Source: Nitrospinales bacterium
GTDB taxonomy: Bacteria; Nitrospinota; Nitrospinia; Nitrospinales; VA-1
Direction of reading: 5' to 3'
Assembly (NCBI GenBank): GCA_965223345.1
Contig: CBDCWG010000012.1
Span: 2,368,001-2,432,000, forward strand
Length of the DNA: 64,000 nt
The position numbers and the translations under genes are program-made. The notes below the pieces were generated by a model. That model saw only the letters and a program-made list of their open reading frames with translations, ran no database searches and was not told where the DNA came from. Positions 43,400 to 53,636 of this stretch are shown here, one piece after another. Positions within the stretch are counted from its first letter, which is position 1. The number at the start of each line of letters is the position of its first letter.

Positions 43400-43732
43400 T
43401 CAGTCCTGCGAGATTCTGGGTGCGGGGCCGTCACCCACCTTTCCAATGACACCGCTACTACCGGAGCCGGAGGGAGTTTTGGAGACCTGTCCTGTCGATG
43501 ATGATTTTAGAAGTTTGCTGGTTGCTTTCGTTCCTCCGCTTGTTATGGTCACACCGGTTCTGTTTTTGATTCTCTTGTTGTCCACTTTGACCTTTTTTTT
43601 GTGGGGAAAAGGGTCTCTGATGCTTTCGGAATTTTCACTCCCTTGACCTGTCGGACCAAAGGCGCTGGCGTTTGCAATAAAAAATGCTGTAACCAGGAAC
43701 AGGATGGCGGCTGCAACGAAGGATTTTTGCAT
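43400..43732 (-). CDS. Small secreted Ser/Gly/Lys-rich protein
   Basis: Signal peptide ending ANASA; GAGG RBS. Confidence 0.65.
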   Translation of the reverse strand: MQKSFVAAAILFLVTAFFIANASAFGPTGQGSENSESIRDPFPHKKKVKVDNKRIKNRTGVTITSGGTKATSKLLKSSSTGQVSKTPSGSGSSGVIGKVGDGPAPRISQD

Positions 43733-43870
43733 TAGAATGACCTCTGTTTGAGTCGTATTGTCAGGTTGTTTAAAGTTCCATTGTTTGGACTGTTCAATGA
43801 TCTTGCATCATGCCTGCCTCTGAGGCTGAATCCGCTCGCAAACCATTTTCAGCCTGTTTTTTTGCCAGCC

Positions 43871-43890
43871 TGACAATTCTACCATTGTCA
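43871..43890. promoter_or_regulatory. Operator-like palindrome TGACAAT-N6-ATTGTCA
   Basis: Perfect 7-bp inverted repeat upstream of the 43400-43732 gene. Confidence 0.4.
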
Positions 43891-44274
43891 CTCCCAATAA
43901 AAAAATGGGTCACAGCGTAAACCTTAACCCATTGAATTAATAGTCATTATGGGGGGATTGGGGCCTCCGGTCCCTTTGTACCGAACGAAAAAATGACGAA
44001 ACACAAAGGGCTCTGCCCCCGTTCTATGGGGCATCAGGATGAAGAAAGTAAAAGGGGCGAGAAAAGACGATGTACCGCGCAAGGGGAAATGACACTGGGA
44101 AACATCATTCAACTTCCCGGGAGGAAAAAATGAACGGAAGGGGCTTTCGATCTGCCAGAGTTTTGGCTTTTGGCTCCGGAAGCCATTCAACCCCCAAAAG
44201 TCGAAACCCGAACTTATATGATGGTGCAAGCAACAGGTGCCGGCCATCCTGATTCGTTTAAAGACGCACACTTT

Positions 44275-44601
44275 TTAAGAATCATATTGATCGGGTCGTA
44301 GCACGCTTGCGTCCAATACAAAAAGGGTGCCTGTGTGGCGTTCCAAAAACGGTTTGAGCCCAGACAAAATGGGCTCGAGTTTATCTTCAGGAACGACGGT
44401 TAAAACCATTTGCAGGCTGCTCGTGTCGTTGAACATCAAATGCCCTTCGTGGAATCCGCTATGCCCTTTACCTGATATATTGTTGAAAATGGTATAACCG
44501 CTTGCTTTAATCCGGTCAAGAACGTCCGTCACGAAAGGAAGATGTTCACCTTCAATGATGATCTTAATTTCTTTCATTGGATGAAGTTTTAAGCCGTTCA
44601 T
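44275..44601 (-). CDS. PII-like (SbtB-type) regulator
   Basis: MKEIKIII, GYTI..ISGKGHSG; last gene of the DAB operon. Confidence 0.85.
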   Translation of the reverse strand: MNGLKLHPMKEIKIIIEGEHLPFVTDVLDRIKASGYTIFNNISGKGHSGFHEGHLMFNDTSSLQMVLTVVPEDKLEPILSGLKPFLERHTGTLFVLDASVLRPDQYDS

Positions 44602-44631
44602 GATGTTTCTACTCTCCTCGACAAGATTATT

Positions 44632-47600
44632 TTATTGAATGGATTGCCAATCGTCAGGCGATCGAAAGAGGAAAAATTCCATGGCATCGGGGTCCAGGGC
44701 GACAATGTGAAGCCATTGGTTTCTCGTCAATTGTTGCAATATTGTATGTCGAGAAATGATGGCGGCAATCATTTTCAACGGAGCTTCTATTATAACAAAT
44801 AATCGCATCGGTTCGTGGTAAGGCTTCTCGCCATCGAAAACAGTTTGGATGGGAAGCCCGACACAAAGATCGCTTTGCGTGCCAAACATGACGCCTACAC
44901 GACCGACCACATTGTGATACGCTTTGCTTCCCGCTCCATAAACCTTGCAGTCAACGGTAGAAAAATAATGCTCCATGTTGATCCATTGTCCAACGATCAT
45001 TGGAGCGGTCATGATGATTTCCAGATATTTTCCCGCTGGATCCCTTGAATAATCATAGGAATGCAAAAAAGTCCGGCTCTCTAAATTTATCCCCTGAGTC
45101 AACAACCGGCGCCCCGCGATAAAAGCGGTGTGTCGAGAAAGCCCCCATTCCGGTCGAACCTGCGACCAATCTATGCTTCGGGTTTTTGTCCGCTTTAAAG
45201 CACTGAAAGCTCCGTTTAAGTTGGGCTCGTCGGGCATGCGGGCCAATCGTTCCCTGCTGTTTTTTTCGCCAGCTTCTTGCAGATCGCGTTGAAGCCTGAG
45301 CAAATCTCTTCGATGAGTGGCGGGGACGTCTTCCAAATCAAAAAGCTCGACTTCGTCTGTTGTCGTGTCGTGTTGTCCGGGGAGAAAATGCGTGTCCGCG
45401 GGAATCGCCAGGCCTTTGTTGGCCAGAAGCTGTCGAACTTCGAGTTTGTTGGCCATGACGGCAAGGGCTCGCGCGTTGGATGCCCCATGGTTGCCACCGC
45501 ACGCTCCACAATCCAGGGCGGATTCATACGGATTGTTGTCTGAAGTGCTGCCATGCGCGCAAAGCAGGATGAGCCGGGAAAATGTTTTGAACCCTAAAAC
45601 CCTTAAAGCCGTTTCCACGTAATGAGCCTGCTCCGCGACGGTGAGTCCTGCCTGAGTGATTCGTTGCATTCGACGATCCACGTCCCGCTCATTGACATCA
45701 AACTCTCGCCTGATCACATTGACAAATTGTTCAAGATCGGATTGGGTCCAGTGTAACAATTCCTTCAAGTCTTGATTTTCAGGGCTCTCTGTCTGGTTTT
45801 GATTCATCGCCATTTTCCGCAAACGTTCCACCTGTTCGTGAGAAACAGTGGCGCCGAGCGAACCGTATTGCTCAATCAAAAGCCTGTAAATAGCCGCACG
45901 GTGTTTAGAGGCAACCATTTCGTGAGCCTCTTCCCGATCAATTTTGTCCACCGTCAGCGTTGTGCCGATGGGAATGGCAAGACGTTCTTTCAACCATGAG
46001 ACGGCAATTTTGAACCATGCCGGGCGCAACGTCTGCCCAAAAAGCCTGAACCCAAAAAACCAGCCAATGGCTTCCACCATGACATACGGGGTGATGACGT
46101 TTTCTTTTAAATCGTGCAACAACGTGTGGCTTGCTTTGGCGAGTTGTTGTCCCTCTAAAAATTCCTGCGCGGCCTTGGCTTGATAGGCGCGGGGAATTTC
46201 TTTCACCACGTGCTTGGGTTTCAGAAGAACGGGACATTGGTCTGTCAGATGTTCGCTCGAAAACCCTTGGTAACATATTGGAACTCCAAAAAAACCGGCA
46301 AATCCGAACGTTTCATTGCCGCCGACCTCTTCAAGGTGTCTTCTAAAACCTTCCGACCTGACATCGATGCAAAATATGGACTGAGAAAGAGGACGGGATT
46401 CTGCCGGCGTTTCCTCAGGAGTGTCGGCCTTTTTCAGTTTTTCAATATTAGGTGAAATTTGTTTTATAAAATCTTTAATGAAGCTGGATTCCAAAGCCTT
46501 GAGCCAGACGGGTCCATGCTTTGATTCGGAAAATTCCTCAACCCAATCAAGCAAAAGTTCTAATGGCTCGGGACCACCCTTCAAAATATCCTGAATGGTG
46601 ATGTTTAACGATTTGGCAAGATCCAAAACGATCAGGACCTGAACTTCAATTTTTTGGTGTTTTCGAATTTGTACCCATTTTGCAATCACACTGGAATCGC
46701 ATCGATTGAGCTCGCTCATTGGCAAAGGTTCCTGTGTGAGCAGGGACCTATCCAGGTCATCTTCGATTTCCTCTGGCAAGATTCGGGTTTGGTGCTCTTT
46801 GTAGAGGCCATATCCAACAGGGAAATTATTCAGGTAATCCCGTATCGAAGTGTAATTTCCGGGAATGTCTAATTTAGAGTGACAGGCCAAGCCCACCAGC
46901 TCTCTTTCATAAAAGAGCCGCACGGCCATGTACTTAACAAGGTCAATGGGGTAGGCCATTTGCCAATCGTAGTCTACTTGTTGCGAGCGCCATTTAAGGA
47001 GTCCCGTCCATCCGGCTAATTGAGCAAGGTGTAAAGTGAAATAGTCGATCCACATATCTTTCGGAATGGACAACAGAGACAGGCTTTGCAAAATCGCGTC
47101 TTCCGGCCGGTCGGGTAAATTTTTAACTTTGTTTTTCCAGCCGGAGATTCCCAGAAGGGGGCCGAAAGCCTCGTTCTGGGCTAACTCTTTCCAACTGCCG
47201 TAAAAGGTTTTTCCACGCAATGGCATAACCCAGGGGCTATGTCCTTCGTCGAGAAATCCGCTAAGCCATTTGATGAGTTCACTGTTGATTTGATCCTGCA
47301 CATGAGTTCCAAGCGATTTGTCGCACCATTCCGCAAGCGTATATTGTGTTGCCAGCTCTTCCTGCTCGCGGCTCGCATGATCCCGCAGGGATATATTTTG
47401 CTCTTTGTTTTTCGGTAAACCCTGAATCTTCTCAATCAAATCTTTTACTTCCGGTTGATTGTGAGACGATCGCAAAACCGCCGAAGCCACGTCTGTTGCG
47501 ACTTTCCGAGTGCCATTCAACAGAATGGTTTTCAAAAATTCCAGATGAGAAATCGTTTTATCACCTATTTCGATGGCGGCGTCTTTTGATGCGTCCTTTA

Positions 47601-47880
47601 TGGCTTCGTCAAGAGCCTCACCGGTTATTCTCCCTTGCTTAAAGTAATCTCTATAGTATTCGTTGGGTAAATAACCGCGCCCACCCAAAAACCGCTCGGC
47701 TTCGTCAATGGCTTTTTCGAAATGTAAATGTTCCAGGCCATGAAGCGGGTTATGATGGATGAACGTTTTCATCGGCCAGTAATGAGAAATGGGTTCGCCT
47801 GCCAGTTTCACGAACGAACGCAATTCTATTCGCTGGGTCTCAGTGGGTGTCTTCGTGTCTTTAGCGTCCAGGGTTGGCAT
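44632..47880 (-). CDS. dabA: Inorganic carbon transporter subunit DabA (DUF2309)
   Basis: WPMKTFIHHNPL, FCIDVRSE, HGS..NNPY.SALDCGACGG, RPEWGL and HEPMRL motifs. Confidence 0.93.
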   Translation of the reverse strand: MPTLDAKDTKTPTETQRIELRSFVKLAGEPISHYWPMKTFIHHNPLHGLEHLHFEKAIDEAERFLGGRGYLPNEYYRDYFKQGRITGEALDEAIKDASKDAAIEIGDKTISHLEFLKTILLNGTRKVATDVASAVLRSSHNQPEVKDLIEKIQGLPKNKEQNISLRDHASREQEELATQYTLAEWCDKSLGTHVQDQINSELIKWLSGFLDEGHSPWVMPLRGKTFYGSWKELAQNEAFGPLLGISGWKNKVKNLPDRPEDAILQSLSLLSIPKDMWIDYFTLHLAQLAGWTGLLKWRSQQVDYDWQMAYPIDLVKYMAVRLFYERELVGLACHSKLDIPGNYTSIRDYLNNFPVGYGLYKEHQTRILPEEIEDDLDRSLLTQEPLPMSELNRCDSSVIAKWVQIRKHQKIEVQVLIVLDLAKSLNITIQDILKGGPEPLELLLDWVEEFSESKHGPVWLKALESSFIKDFIKQISPNIEKLKKADTPEETPAESRPLSQSIFCIDVRSEGFRRHLEEVGGNETFGFAGFFGVPICYQGFSSEHLTDQCPVLLKPKHVVKEIPRAYQAKAAQEFLEGQQLAKASHTLLHDLKENVITPYVMVEAIGWFFGFRLFGQTLRPAWFKIAVSWLKERLAIPIGTTLTVDKIDREEAHEMVASKHRAAIYRLLIEQYGSLGATVSHEQVERLRKMAMNQNQTESPENQDLKELLHWTQSDLEQFVNVIRREFDVNERDVDRRMQRITQAGLTVAEQAHYVETALRVLGFKTFSRLILLCAHGSTSDNNPYESALDCGACGGNHGASNARALAVMANKLEVRQLLANKGLAIPADTHFLPGQHDTTTDEVELFDLEDVPATHRRDLLRLQRDLQEAGEKNSRERLARMPDEPNLNGAFSALKRTKTRSIDWSQVRPEWGLSRHTAFIAGRRLLTQGINLESRTFLHSYDYSRDPAGKYLEIIMTAPMIVGQWINMEHYFSTVDCKVYGAGSKAYHNVVGRVGVMFGTQSDLCVGLPIQTVFDGEKPYHEPMRLFVIIEAPLKMIAAIISRHTILQQLTRNQWLHIVALDPDAMEFFLFRSPDDWQSIQ

Positions 47881-47925
47881 GGCTTAGGACTGCTGATCTC
47901 TTTAAATAGTTAAATAATAAATGCG

Positions 47926-49161
47926 CTAGTAGAACAGTCCGCTATAACCAGCGCCTAATAATAAAAATGTGATGCCGGCAATTTCAGTTGCCCGCAAATC
48001 AATATAGGGAACATCGGTGCGTGCCGATCCAAAAGTGGTTTGATGAAGCATTTGTATGAAATGCCAGCCTCCTCCCAACCAAACCGCAATGAACATTAAA
48101 AACAGATTGATGAATTTGACATCCAAAGCATTGGCCGTCGGCATGGCTGTCAAGCCGGAAAACGTAGGGAACATTGGAAGAAACAGTGCGAAGCTCACAA
48201 GAAGAACCATCACGGTTCCAAGCCGAGGCATTGGAGAAGCAAGCCCGGGGAGCTTCCCTATGGTTTGCCATCCATACCGTTGTCGAACAAAAGAAAACGC
48301 GAGACAGATGCCGCCTAACACAAAAGCGAGGGCTATGCCAAACGCAATTCCCCACCTGTGAAAATCCGGGAAAACATTGAGCAATCCCCAGACCAGCGAT
48401 GCGTGAGCCACGGTAGCGGCGGCGACGAATAAATTGCTTTGCTTTTGTCCAAGCGCCGCTAAGGAAGAATAAAAGGCGCTGATCAGAGATATCAAGCTTA
48501 TGACGAATAGCGTTTCAGCCGAAAGCGAAGGGTAAATCCTGTTTAATTGCGCAAGCCCAATGGCCAGCCAAGCGACAATCCATAAACTTGAAAGGTTTCC
48601 TTTGGCGCCTTCAATCGTTCCCGAAAATGGGAGATGAAAAGGAAACAGCGGCAAGAAGGTGAAGGCAAGGAACAAGCCGGCAAGCCTTGGCAAGGTATCG
48701 CCGCCTAAGGTGGAAATTAAAGAGAGAACGATGGCAATGGCAAAATGTATAAGAATAAGAATAGTTCGAAATGAACGCTTCTTCTCGCGAGTGAGAGAAA
48801 ATGCGGCGTAACCCAGGAGTCCACATAAAAAAAGCTTGCCTGCAAATCCCTGGCCCAGCAACGCACCCAGGGCCAACCCTGAAGTTATCAGGCTTGAAGG
48901 GAATAATTCCGCAGCCTGGTGCGAATCTTCCTGGCAAAGCATGACGCAAAAACTTGAGAGAAGAACGGCAAAAGCTAAAAAGTGGGTCGCTGGATCAGTT
49001 TCAACAGTAAAGGCCAGGAGTATGCCTAAAGCAACGATCGTCGTCAAACCGATCGGTTTGAGTTTGGAAAACGAGATTTCAGCAGCCTTCCATACAATCC
49101 CCATGACAAGTGGAATGAGGGCGGGAATTATTGGAAGAAAATGTTGATTATCCATCATCAT
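47926..49161 (-). CDS. NuoM-like proton-conducting membrane subunit
   Basis: PLFPFH and GLASPMPR motifs; many TM helices; between dabB and dabA. Confidence 0.75.
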   Translation of the reverse strand: MMMDNQHFLPIIPALIPLVMGIVWKAAEISFSKLKPIGLTTIVALGILLAFTVETDPATHFLAFAVLLSSFCVMLCQEDSHQAAELFPSSLITSGLALGALLGQGFAGKLFLCGLLGYAAFSLTREKKRSFRTILILIHFAIAIVLSLISTLGGDTLPRLAGLFLAFTFLPLFPFHLPFSGTIEGAKGNLSSLWIVAWLAIGLAQLNRIYPSLSAETLFVISLISLISAFYSSLAALGQKQSNLFVAAATVAHASLVWGLLNVFPDFHRWGIAFGIALAFVLGGICLAFSFVRQRYGWQTIGKLPGLASPMPRLGTVMVLLVSFALFLPMFPTFSGLTAMPTANALDVKFINLFLMFIAVWLGGGWHFIQMLHQTTFGSARTDVPYIDLRATEIAGITFLLLGAGYSGLFY

Positions 49162-49174
49162 TGCCAGTCACGTT

Positions 49175-50875
49175 TTAAAAACGAAGCGCTGCCTTTTGAG
49201 CCAGTCGCAATATGCCATTGCTCAGTCGAGCATAAACCTGGTCCACATAGAGCCGGTTGATCAGAAGAATGTATAGATGTTTTCGGATCGAAACGACCCA
49301 ATCCGAAATAAATAATCTTTGCCCCTTGGCATTGGTGTAGAGAGTGAACCAGCCAAATAGAATGAGCACCGTGGCTATGATTATGACCAAATCAAAGGCC
49401 AGCGGATGGAACGCCGCAGCCGCAAAGTAACTGTTCGCTACGCCAGGCTCAGGGTAAAGGAAATGCGTGAATTCCTCTCCGGCCCATAGATAGATAAATA
49501 CGATGAAAAACAGAGCCCCGATCATCGTGCACGCGACTTTCCAGGAAGCCACAGCCTGAAGACGATATAAACTGAACATGACCTGGGAAGCGGTGACCCA
49601 ACTGAAAAACAGGAATATGATCGCCCCGTGCGATTCTTGCAGAGGTATGTCCAGCATGCCGTGGGCGGCCATGAGAATAAAAAGCGGCATCATCAACGTG
49701 ATCACCAAGCCCGTAAGCCAGGTTAATTGGGAGGCAGATTTCTTTTCCCCGATTTCATATTTCGAAGAATGTGGAAATTTGGGTTCTTCCCGCGATGCAT
49801 GAATGCCTGTCCCCGCTCCCAAAAATAAACTCGCTTTAAAAAGGCCGTGGGCGATTAAATGAAAGATGGCCAGCGCAAAGGCTCCCAGCCCGCATTCCAT
49901 AATCATGTATCCCATTTGACCCATAGTGGAAAAGCCGAGAGTTTTCTTGATGTCGTTTTGAACCAGCATCATGGAGGCTCCAAACAGAACCGTCAAGAAG
50001 CCTATCAAAAATACAATATGAAGCGTCGGCGACGAGAGGGCGTAAAATGGAGCCAACCGATTCAACAAAAAGCCACCGGCATTGATAATTCCTGCGTGCA
50101 TCAAAGCTGAAACGGGGGTGGGCGAATCCATGGTGTCTGGCAACCAGACATGTAAAGGAAACTGGGATGATTTGGCCATCGCGCCAATAAAGATGAGAAG
50201 TCCAATCAGGGAAATGGCGCTGACTTCCAATGAGCTTCCCGGCAGTAAAGAAACCATGTGAGAGTTTTCTGCCGCCGCTTTAAAGAGTTCGGTGAATTCT
50301 AAAGTTCCAAAAAATTTATAGGCAAGAAATAAACCGCAGAGAAAACTCACGTCCCCGACACGATGGACAAAAAAAGTTTTAAATGCATTGCGGCAAGCGT
50401 CGGGGTGGGAATAATTAAAATTAAGAATGAGGTAGAGTGCCAAACTTAATAGCTGCCAGAACATAAACAGCATAAACAGGTTTGGGCTGGAAACGAGCGA
50501 AAGGATGACAAAGGTCATGAAGCTCAAAAGCGCAAAAAATCGAGCATACCCTGGATCGCCTTCTAAATACCGGACCGAATAGAAATGAATGACGACGCTG
50601 ACACTCGTGATCAACATCATCATAATGGCCGTGAGCCGATCGATCAGCATGCCGATCTTTAATATGGCGGAGCCTTCAGAGTTTAACGTCCAGAATACGA
50701 ATTGGACCGTTCCTTCGGTGCTGACATGATAGAGGGTCCAGGCGGAAAGGACGGCGGAAATCGAAATTGCAATGACTCCCACCTTGGCCACATGAGCCAA
50801 CATGCGGTTGCCAAAGACCCAAATGAAAATCGCGGCTAGAAGAGGGAAGAGAAGAATAAGAATAGGGATGGCCAT
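49175..50875 (-). CDS. dabB: Inorganic carbon transporter subunit DabB (NuoL/ND5-like)
   Basis: KSSQFPLHVWLPDTMDSPTPVSALMHAG, STMGQMGYM and HLIAHGLFKA motifs. Confidence 0.88.
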   Translation of the reverse strand: MAIPILILLFPLLAAIFIWVFGNRMLAHVAKVGVIAISISAVLSAWTLYHVSTEGTVQFVFWTLNSEGSAILKIGMLIDRLTAIMMMLITSVSVVIHFYSVRYLEGDPGYARFFALLSFMTFVILSLVSSPNLFMLFMFWQLLSLALYLILNFNYSHPDACRNAFKTFFVHRVGDVSFLCGLFLAYKFFGTLEFTELFKAAAENSHMVSLLPGSSLEVSAISLIGLLIFIGAMAKSSQFPLHVWLPDTMDSPTPVSALMHAGIINAGGFLLNRLAPFYALSSPTLHIVFLIGFLTVLFGASMMLVQNDIKKTLGFSTMGQMGYMIMECGLGAFALAIFHLIAHGLFKASLFLGAGTGIHASREEPKFPHSSKYEIGEKKSASQLTWLTGLVITLMMPLFILMAAHGMLDIPLQESHGAIIFLFFSWVTASQVMFSLYRLQAVASWKVACTMIGALFFIVFIYLWAGEEFTHFLYPEPGVANSYFAAAAFHPLAFDLVIIIATVLILFGWFTLYTNAKGQRLFISDWVVSIRKHLYILLINRLYVDQVYARLSNGILRLAQKAALRF

Positions 50876-51400
50876 GACCTATATTTTGTCGATACCCGTT
50901 TTATGGTTTGAGTTCTCCCAAAAACCTTTTAAGTTCATTCGTACCCATTCCAAACTTAAATTTTTATGATTCGATTTTTAAGATTTCCAGTGAAAATCGA
51001 ATTGATAAGTCAGGCATAAAATTTTTGCCCTAGTTAAAGATGATTCTTAGAAAATAACGATTTAAAAAATTTAGGCTTAGAATATTGAACTCAAATTGAC
51101 GGAAATAGGCAAGTTCGGCCTGGGTGGGCCGTTTTGGTAATGTGATATTTTTTGTAACGAGGTTCGGAATGAGCAATGACAGGGGGGACACAGAAAAGAA
51201 GGCTAGGGTCTGAATTGCCCCCAGTGCTGCACCAAGCGAAAAAGGAGCCACCGGAAATCGGTAACTCCTTGAATTGTTGGCACGTCTGAATGAGTTCGAA
51301 CAATCGACCCAAGGACCGGAAGTCTGAAAAGATGAGGTTGGGATACGGAGTGGTGGGCGCTCATCGAAAGCGCTATACGGTATGCTATTTATTGAGGAAT

Positions 51401-51429
51401 AAGGGGTTGCCGTGATTCGGCAACCCCTT
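51401..51429 (-). terminator. Hairpin downstream of tRNA-Pro
   Basis: Perfect 12-bp stem aaggggttgccg/cggcaacccctt with a 5-nt loop; weak U-tract. Confidence 0.6.
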
Positions 51430-51437
51430 GAAATTGC

Positions 51438-51514
<77 letters not shown>

Positions 51515-51521
51515 AATTGGT

Positions 51522-52658
51522 TTATCCGTTTTTCTTGTAAAAAAAGTTCTTCAAATATTTCCAGATGATGATCGAGCCCAGGCTGTTGCCGATCGATTTC
51601 AGTTTGGTGCTCCCGCCCAGGCATTTCTGGCAATAGGGGTGCACGACTTTCAGTTTCATGAAGCCCTCGATCGCGTCGATGATGGGCTTGGAGTTCAGGA
51701 TCTCGACGATGGGCGTCTCGAACACGTTGCCGGCCTTGGTGTTGCCGTTGTAGTCCTTGCAGCAGTAGGTCATGTCGCCGTTGCACAGGATGGCGAAATG
51801 ATCGGTCAGCGCACTGCAGTAGCCGACTTTGGTGGTGACGACGTTGTCGTCCACGAACGCGTTGCCCCAGGTGTCGAGGATGTAGGTTTCAAAAAAGATC
51901 TGCGGCGCCACCTTGACGACGTTCCACTTGAAGGTGGAGAGCTTTGCGATGCGCTGCTTGCTCTCGGCGATTTCCTCGGGCGTCAGTCCGGGCGTGATCT
52001 TCTGGATCTCGTTTGCCCAGTAGCCGAAGGTTTCGCGCAGCTCGGCGGTGCTGTTGATGACGTTCATGGTGCCGAGGGACCAGTCTTCGCCGGGCACTTC
52101 GGATTTGAACTTGGTGTTGAGGAAGTGCACCTTGATCTTCGGCGGCGTCTTGTGCCGCATGCAGGCGGCGATGAATTCCAGGATCTTGTTCTTGTAATCG
52201 TCGAACGCCATGCGCCGCGCCTTGCGCGTCTTGTAGGACTCCTCGTCCGGCGTCTGCAGCGAGATGTTGAGCTGCGACACGGTGACCTTCTCCAGCCGCG
52301 CCGCGATCTCGCTGTTCAGATACGTGCCGTTGGTCGTGATGCCCGTTTTGACTCCCAGCCTGGCGGCGTGATCCAGGATGTCGAAAAATTTGGGATGCAT
52401 GAACGGCTCGCCCATCACGTGGAAGGTGATCTTCTCGGCCAGGTTGTATTCGGCGATCTGGTCGATGATGCCGCAGACGCGCTCGTAATCCATGTACTCG
52501 TACTTGCGCGTCATCTCCTGCTTGGGGCAGAAGGTGCAGTCGAAATTACAGACGTTGGTCAACTCTATATGGATGCGCTGCAGCGGAAACGACACCAGTT
52601 CGCCGATGCGGCCGGGAACGGGCTTGCTTTTGAATGCGGGCTTGACGGTTGTGAGCAT
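51522..52658 (-). CDS. Radical SAM protein with SPASM/twitch domain
   Basis: IELTNVCNFDCTFC, MGEP and C...CC.DY...CQKC motifs. Confidence 0.9.
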   Translation of the reverse strand: MLTTVKPAFKSKPVPGRIGELVSFPLQRIHIELTNVCNFDCTFCPKQEMTRKYEYMDYERVCGIIDQIAEYNLAEKITFHVMGEPFMHPKFFDILDHAARLGVKTGITTNGTYLNSEIAARLEKVTVSQLNISLQTPDEESYKTRKARRMAFDDYKNKILEFIAACMRHKTPPKIKVHFLNTKFKSEVPGEDWSLGTMNVINSTAELRETFGYWANEIQKITPGLTPEEIAESKQRIAKLSTFKWNVVKVAPQIFFETYILDTWGNAFVDDNVVTTKVGYCSALTDHFAILCNGDMTYCCKDYNGNTKAGNVFETPIVEILNSKPIIDAIEGFMKLKVVHPYCQKCLGGSTKLKSIGNSLGSIIIWKYLKNFFYKKNG

Positions 52659-52677
52659 TGGGTCTCAGCAGTGAGGG

Positions 52678-52860
52678 TTATTTGTCCCAGACGTAACGGT
52701 TCACGCTTTCACTCCAGTACGACGTGTTGGTGATGTGGCGCGTGACGTCCTTGGATTTGCATTTCGGGCAGGTGATCTTCTTTTTATCCACTTCCGACAT
52801 CTTCATTTCGATGACGAATTTCTCGTTGCATTTGTTGCAGCTATGGTCGTAATGCGGCAT
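52678..52860 (-). CDS. FmdB-family zinc ribbon protein
   Basis: MPHYDHSCNKC...CPKC. Confidence 0.85.
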   Translation of the reverse strand: MPHYDHSCNKCNEKFVIEMKMSEVDKKKITCPKCKSKDVTRHITNTSYWSESVNRYVWDK

Positions 52861-52898
52861 GGTCCTTGCTCCCTAAACGTCTAAGAATACAATAGTTT

Positions 52899-53636
52899 TT
52901 ATTTCATTGCAACGAAGCCGGCAAAGTTGTTCCACTTGAAGAACAGCTCCACGGCGGCGAATCCCGCTTCTTTCAATAAATTGATGTTGTCCCCGACGCT
53001 GAGCGGGATGAGCACTTTTTCCAGCGCCTCGCGCTTGCGGGCGATTTCCAGGTCCGAATAGCCCCGGTCTTTCTTGAACGCGTGGTGCATCTCGGTGTGG
53101 ATGCGGTCGAAGGTTTCATCGGGGCTTTTCACCTTTTCGATCAGGATCAGCAGCCCGCCGGGGTTCAGGCCCGCATGGATCCTGCGCAGGGTTTCGCTGC
53201 GGCGCTCCGGTGCGATGAACTGCAGCGTGTAGTTCAGGATCGCAACGCAGGCGTCCTGAAGCGCGAAATCCCCGTTGAGATCGGTCTCGACCCATTTGAC
53301 CGGGTGCAGCGAGGCCGCCAGTTTGCCGCGGGCTTTCTTCAGCATGGGGGCCGAATTGTCCACCCCCACCAGCCGCACGCCCGCATCGGCGGGCAGCTTT
53401 TCGGAAAGCCGGGAAAGCAGCGTGCCGGTGGAGCAGCCCAGATCGTAGATCTGGGCGCCCCTTTTCACGAAACGCAGACACCAGTCGATGGCCGCCGTCT
53501 GGCACTCGGTGTACAGGGGCACGCTGCGCTCCAGCATGTCCTCGAACACCCGCGCCACCGGCTCGTTGAACTCGAACGGCTCCGGGGCGGCATCGCCCAC
53601 GTACAGCCGGTCTTTCTGGCGGCCCTCGCTCGTCAT
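52899..53636 (-). CDS. cmoA: Carboxy-S-adenosyl-L-methionine synthase
   Basis: FEDMLERSVP.Y, YDLGCSTG, NYTLQF and GYSDLEIARKR motifs. Confidence 0.9.
   Translation of the reverse strand: MTSEGRQKDRLYVGDAAPEPFEFNEPVARVFEDMLERSVPLYTECQTAAIDWCLRFVKRGAQIYDLGCSTGTLLSRLSEKLPADAGVRLVGVDNSAPMLKKARGKLAASLHPVKWVETDLNGDFALQDACVAILNYTLQFIAPERRSETLRRIHAGLNPGGLLILIEKVKSPDETFDRIHTEMHHAFKKDRGYSDLEIARKREALEKVLIPLSVGDNINLLKEAGFAAVELFFKWNNFAGFVAMK

Larger units (their letters stand above)
43365..51437. mobile_element. Putative decayed genomic islet integrated at tRNA-Pro, carrying the DAB operon
   Basis: Bounded by the tRNA 3' end and its degenerate copy; lower GC; no integrase found. Confidence 0.5.

Noticed and set aside
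43320..43400. Second functional tRNA gene
   Set aside because: Only the 3' portion matches, the T-loop is mutated, and the D and anticodon arms are missing
47926..50875. Respiratory complex I nuoL/nuoM or Mrp antiporter
   Set aside because: No other nuo or mrp genes nearby; adjacency to DUF2309 indicates a DAB transporter
50880..51400. Integrase remnant next to the tRNA
   Set aside because: The short ORFs show no recombinase motifs; more likely the AT-rich promoter region of dabB
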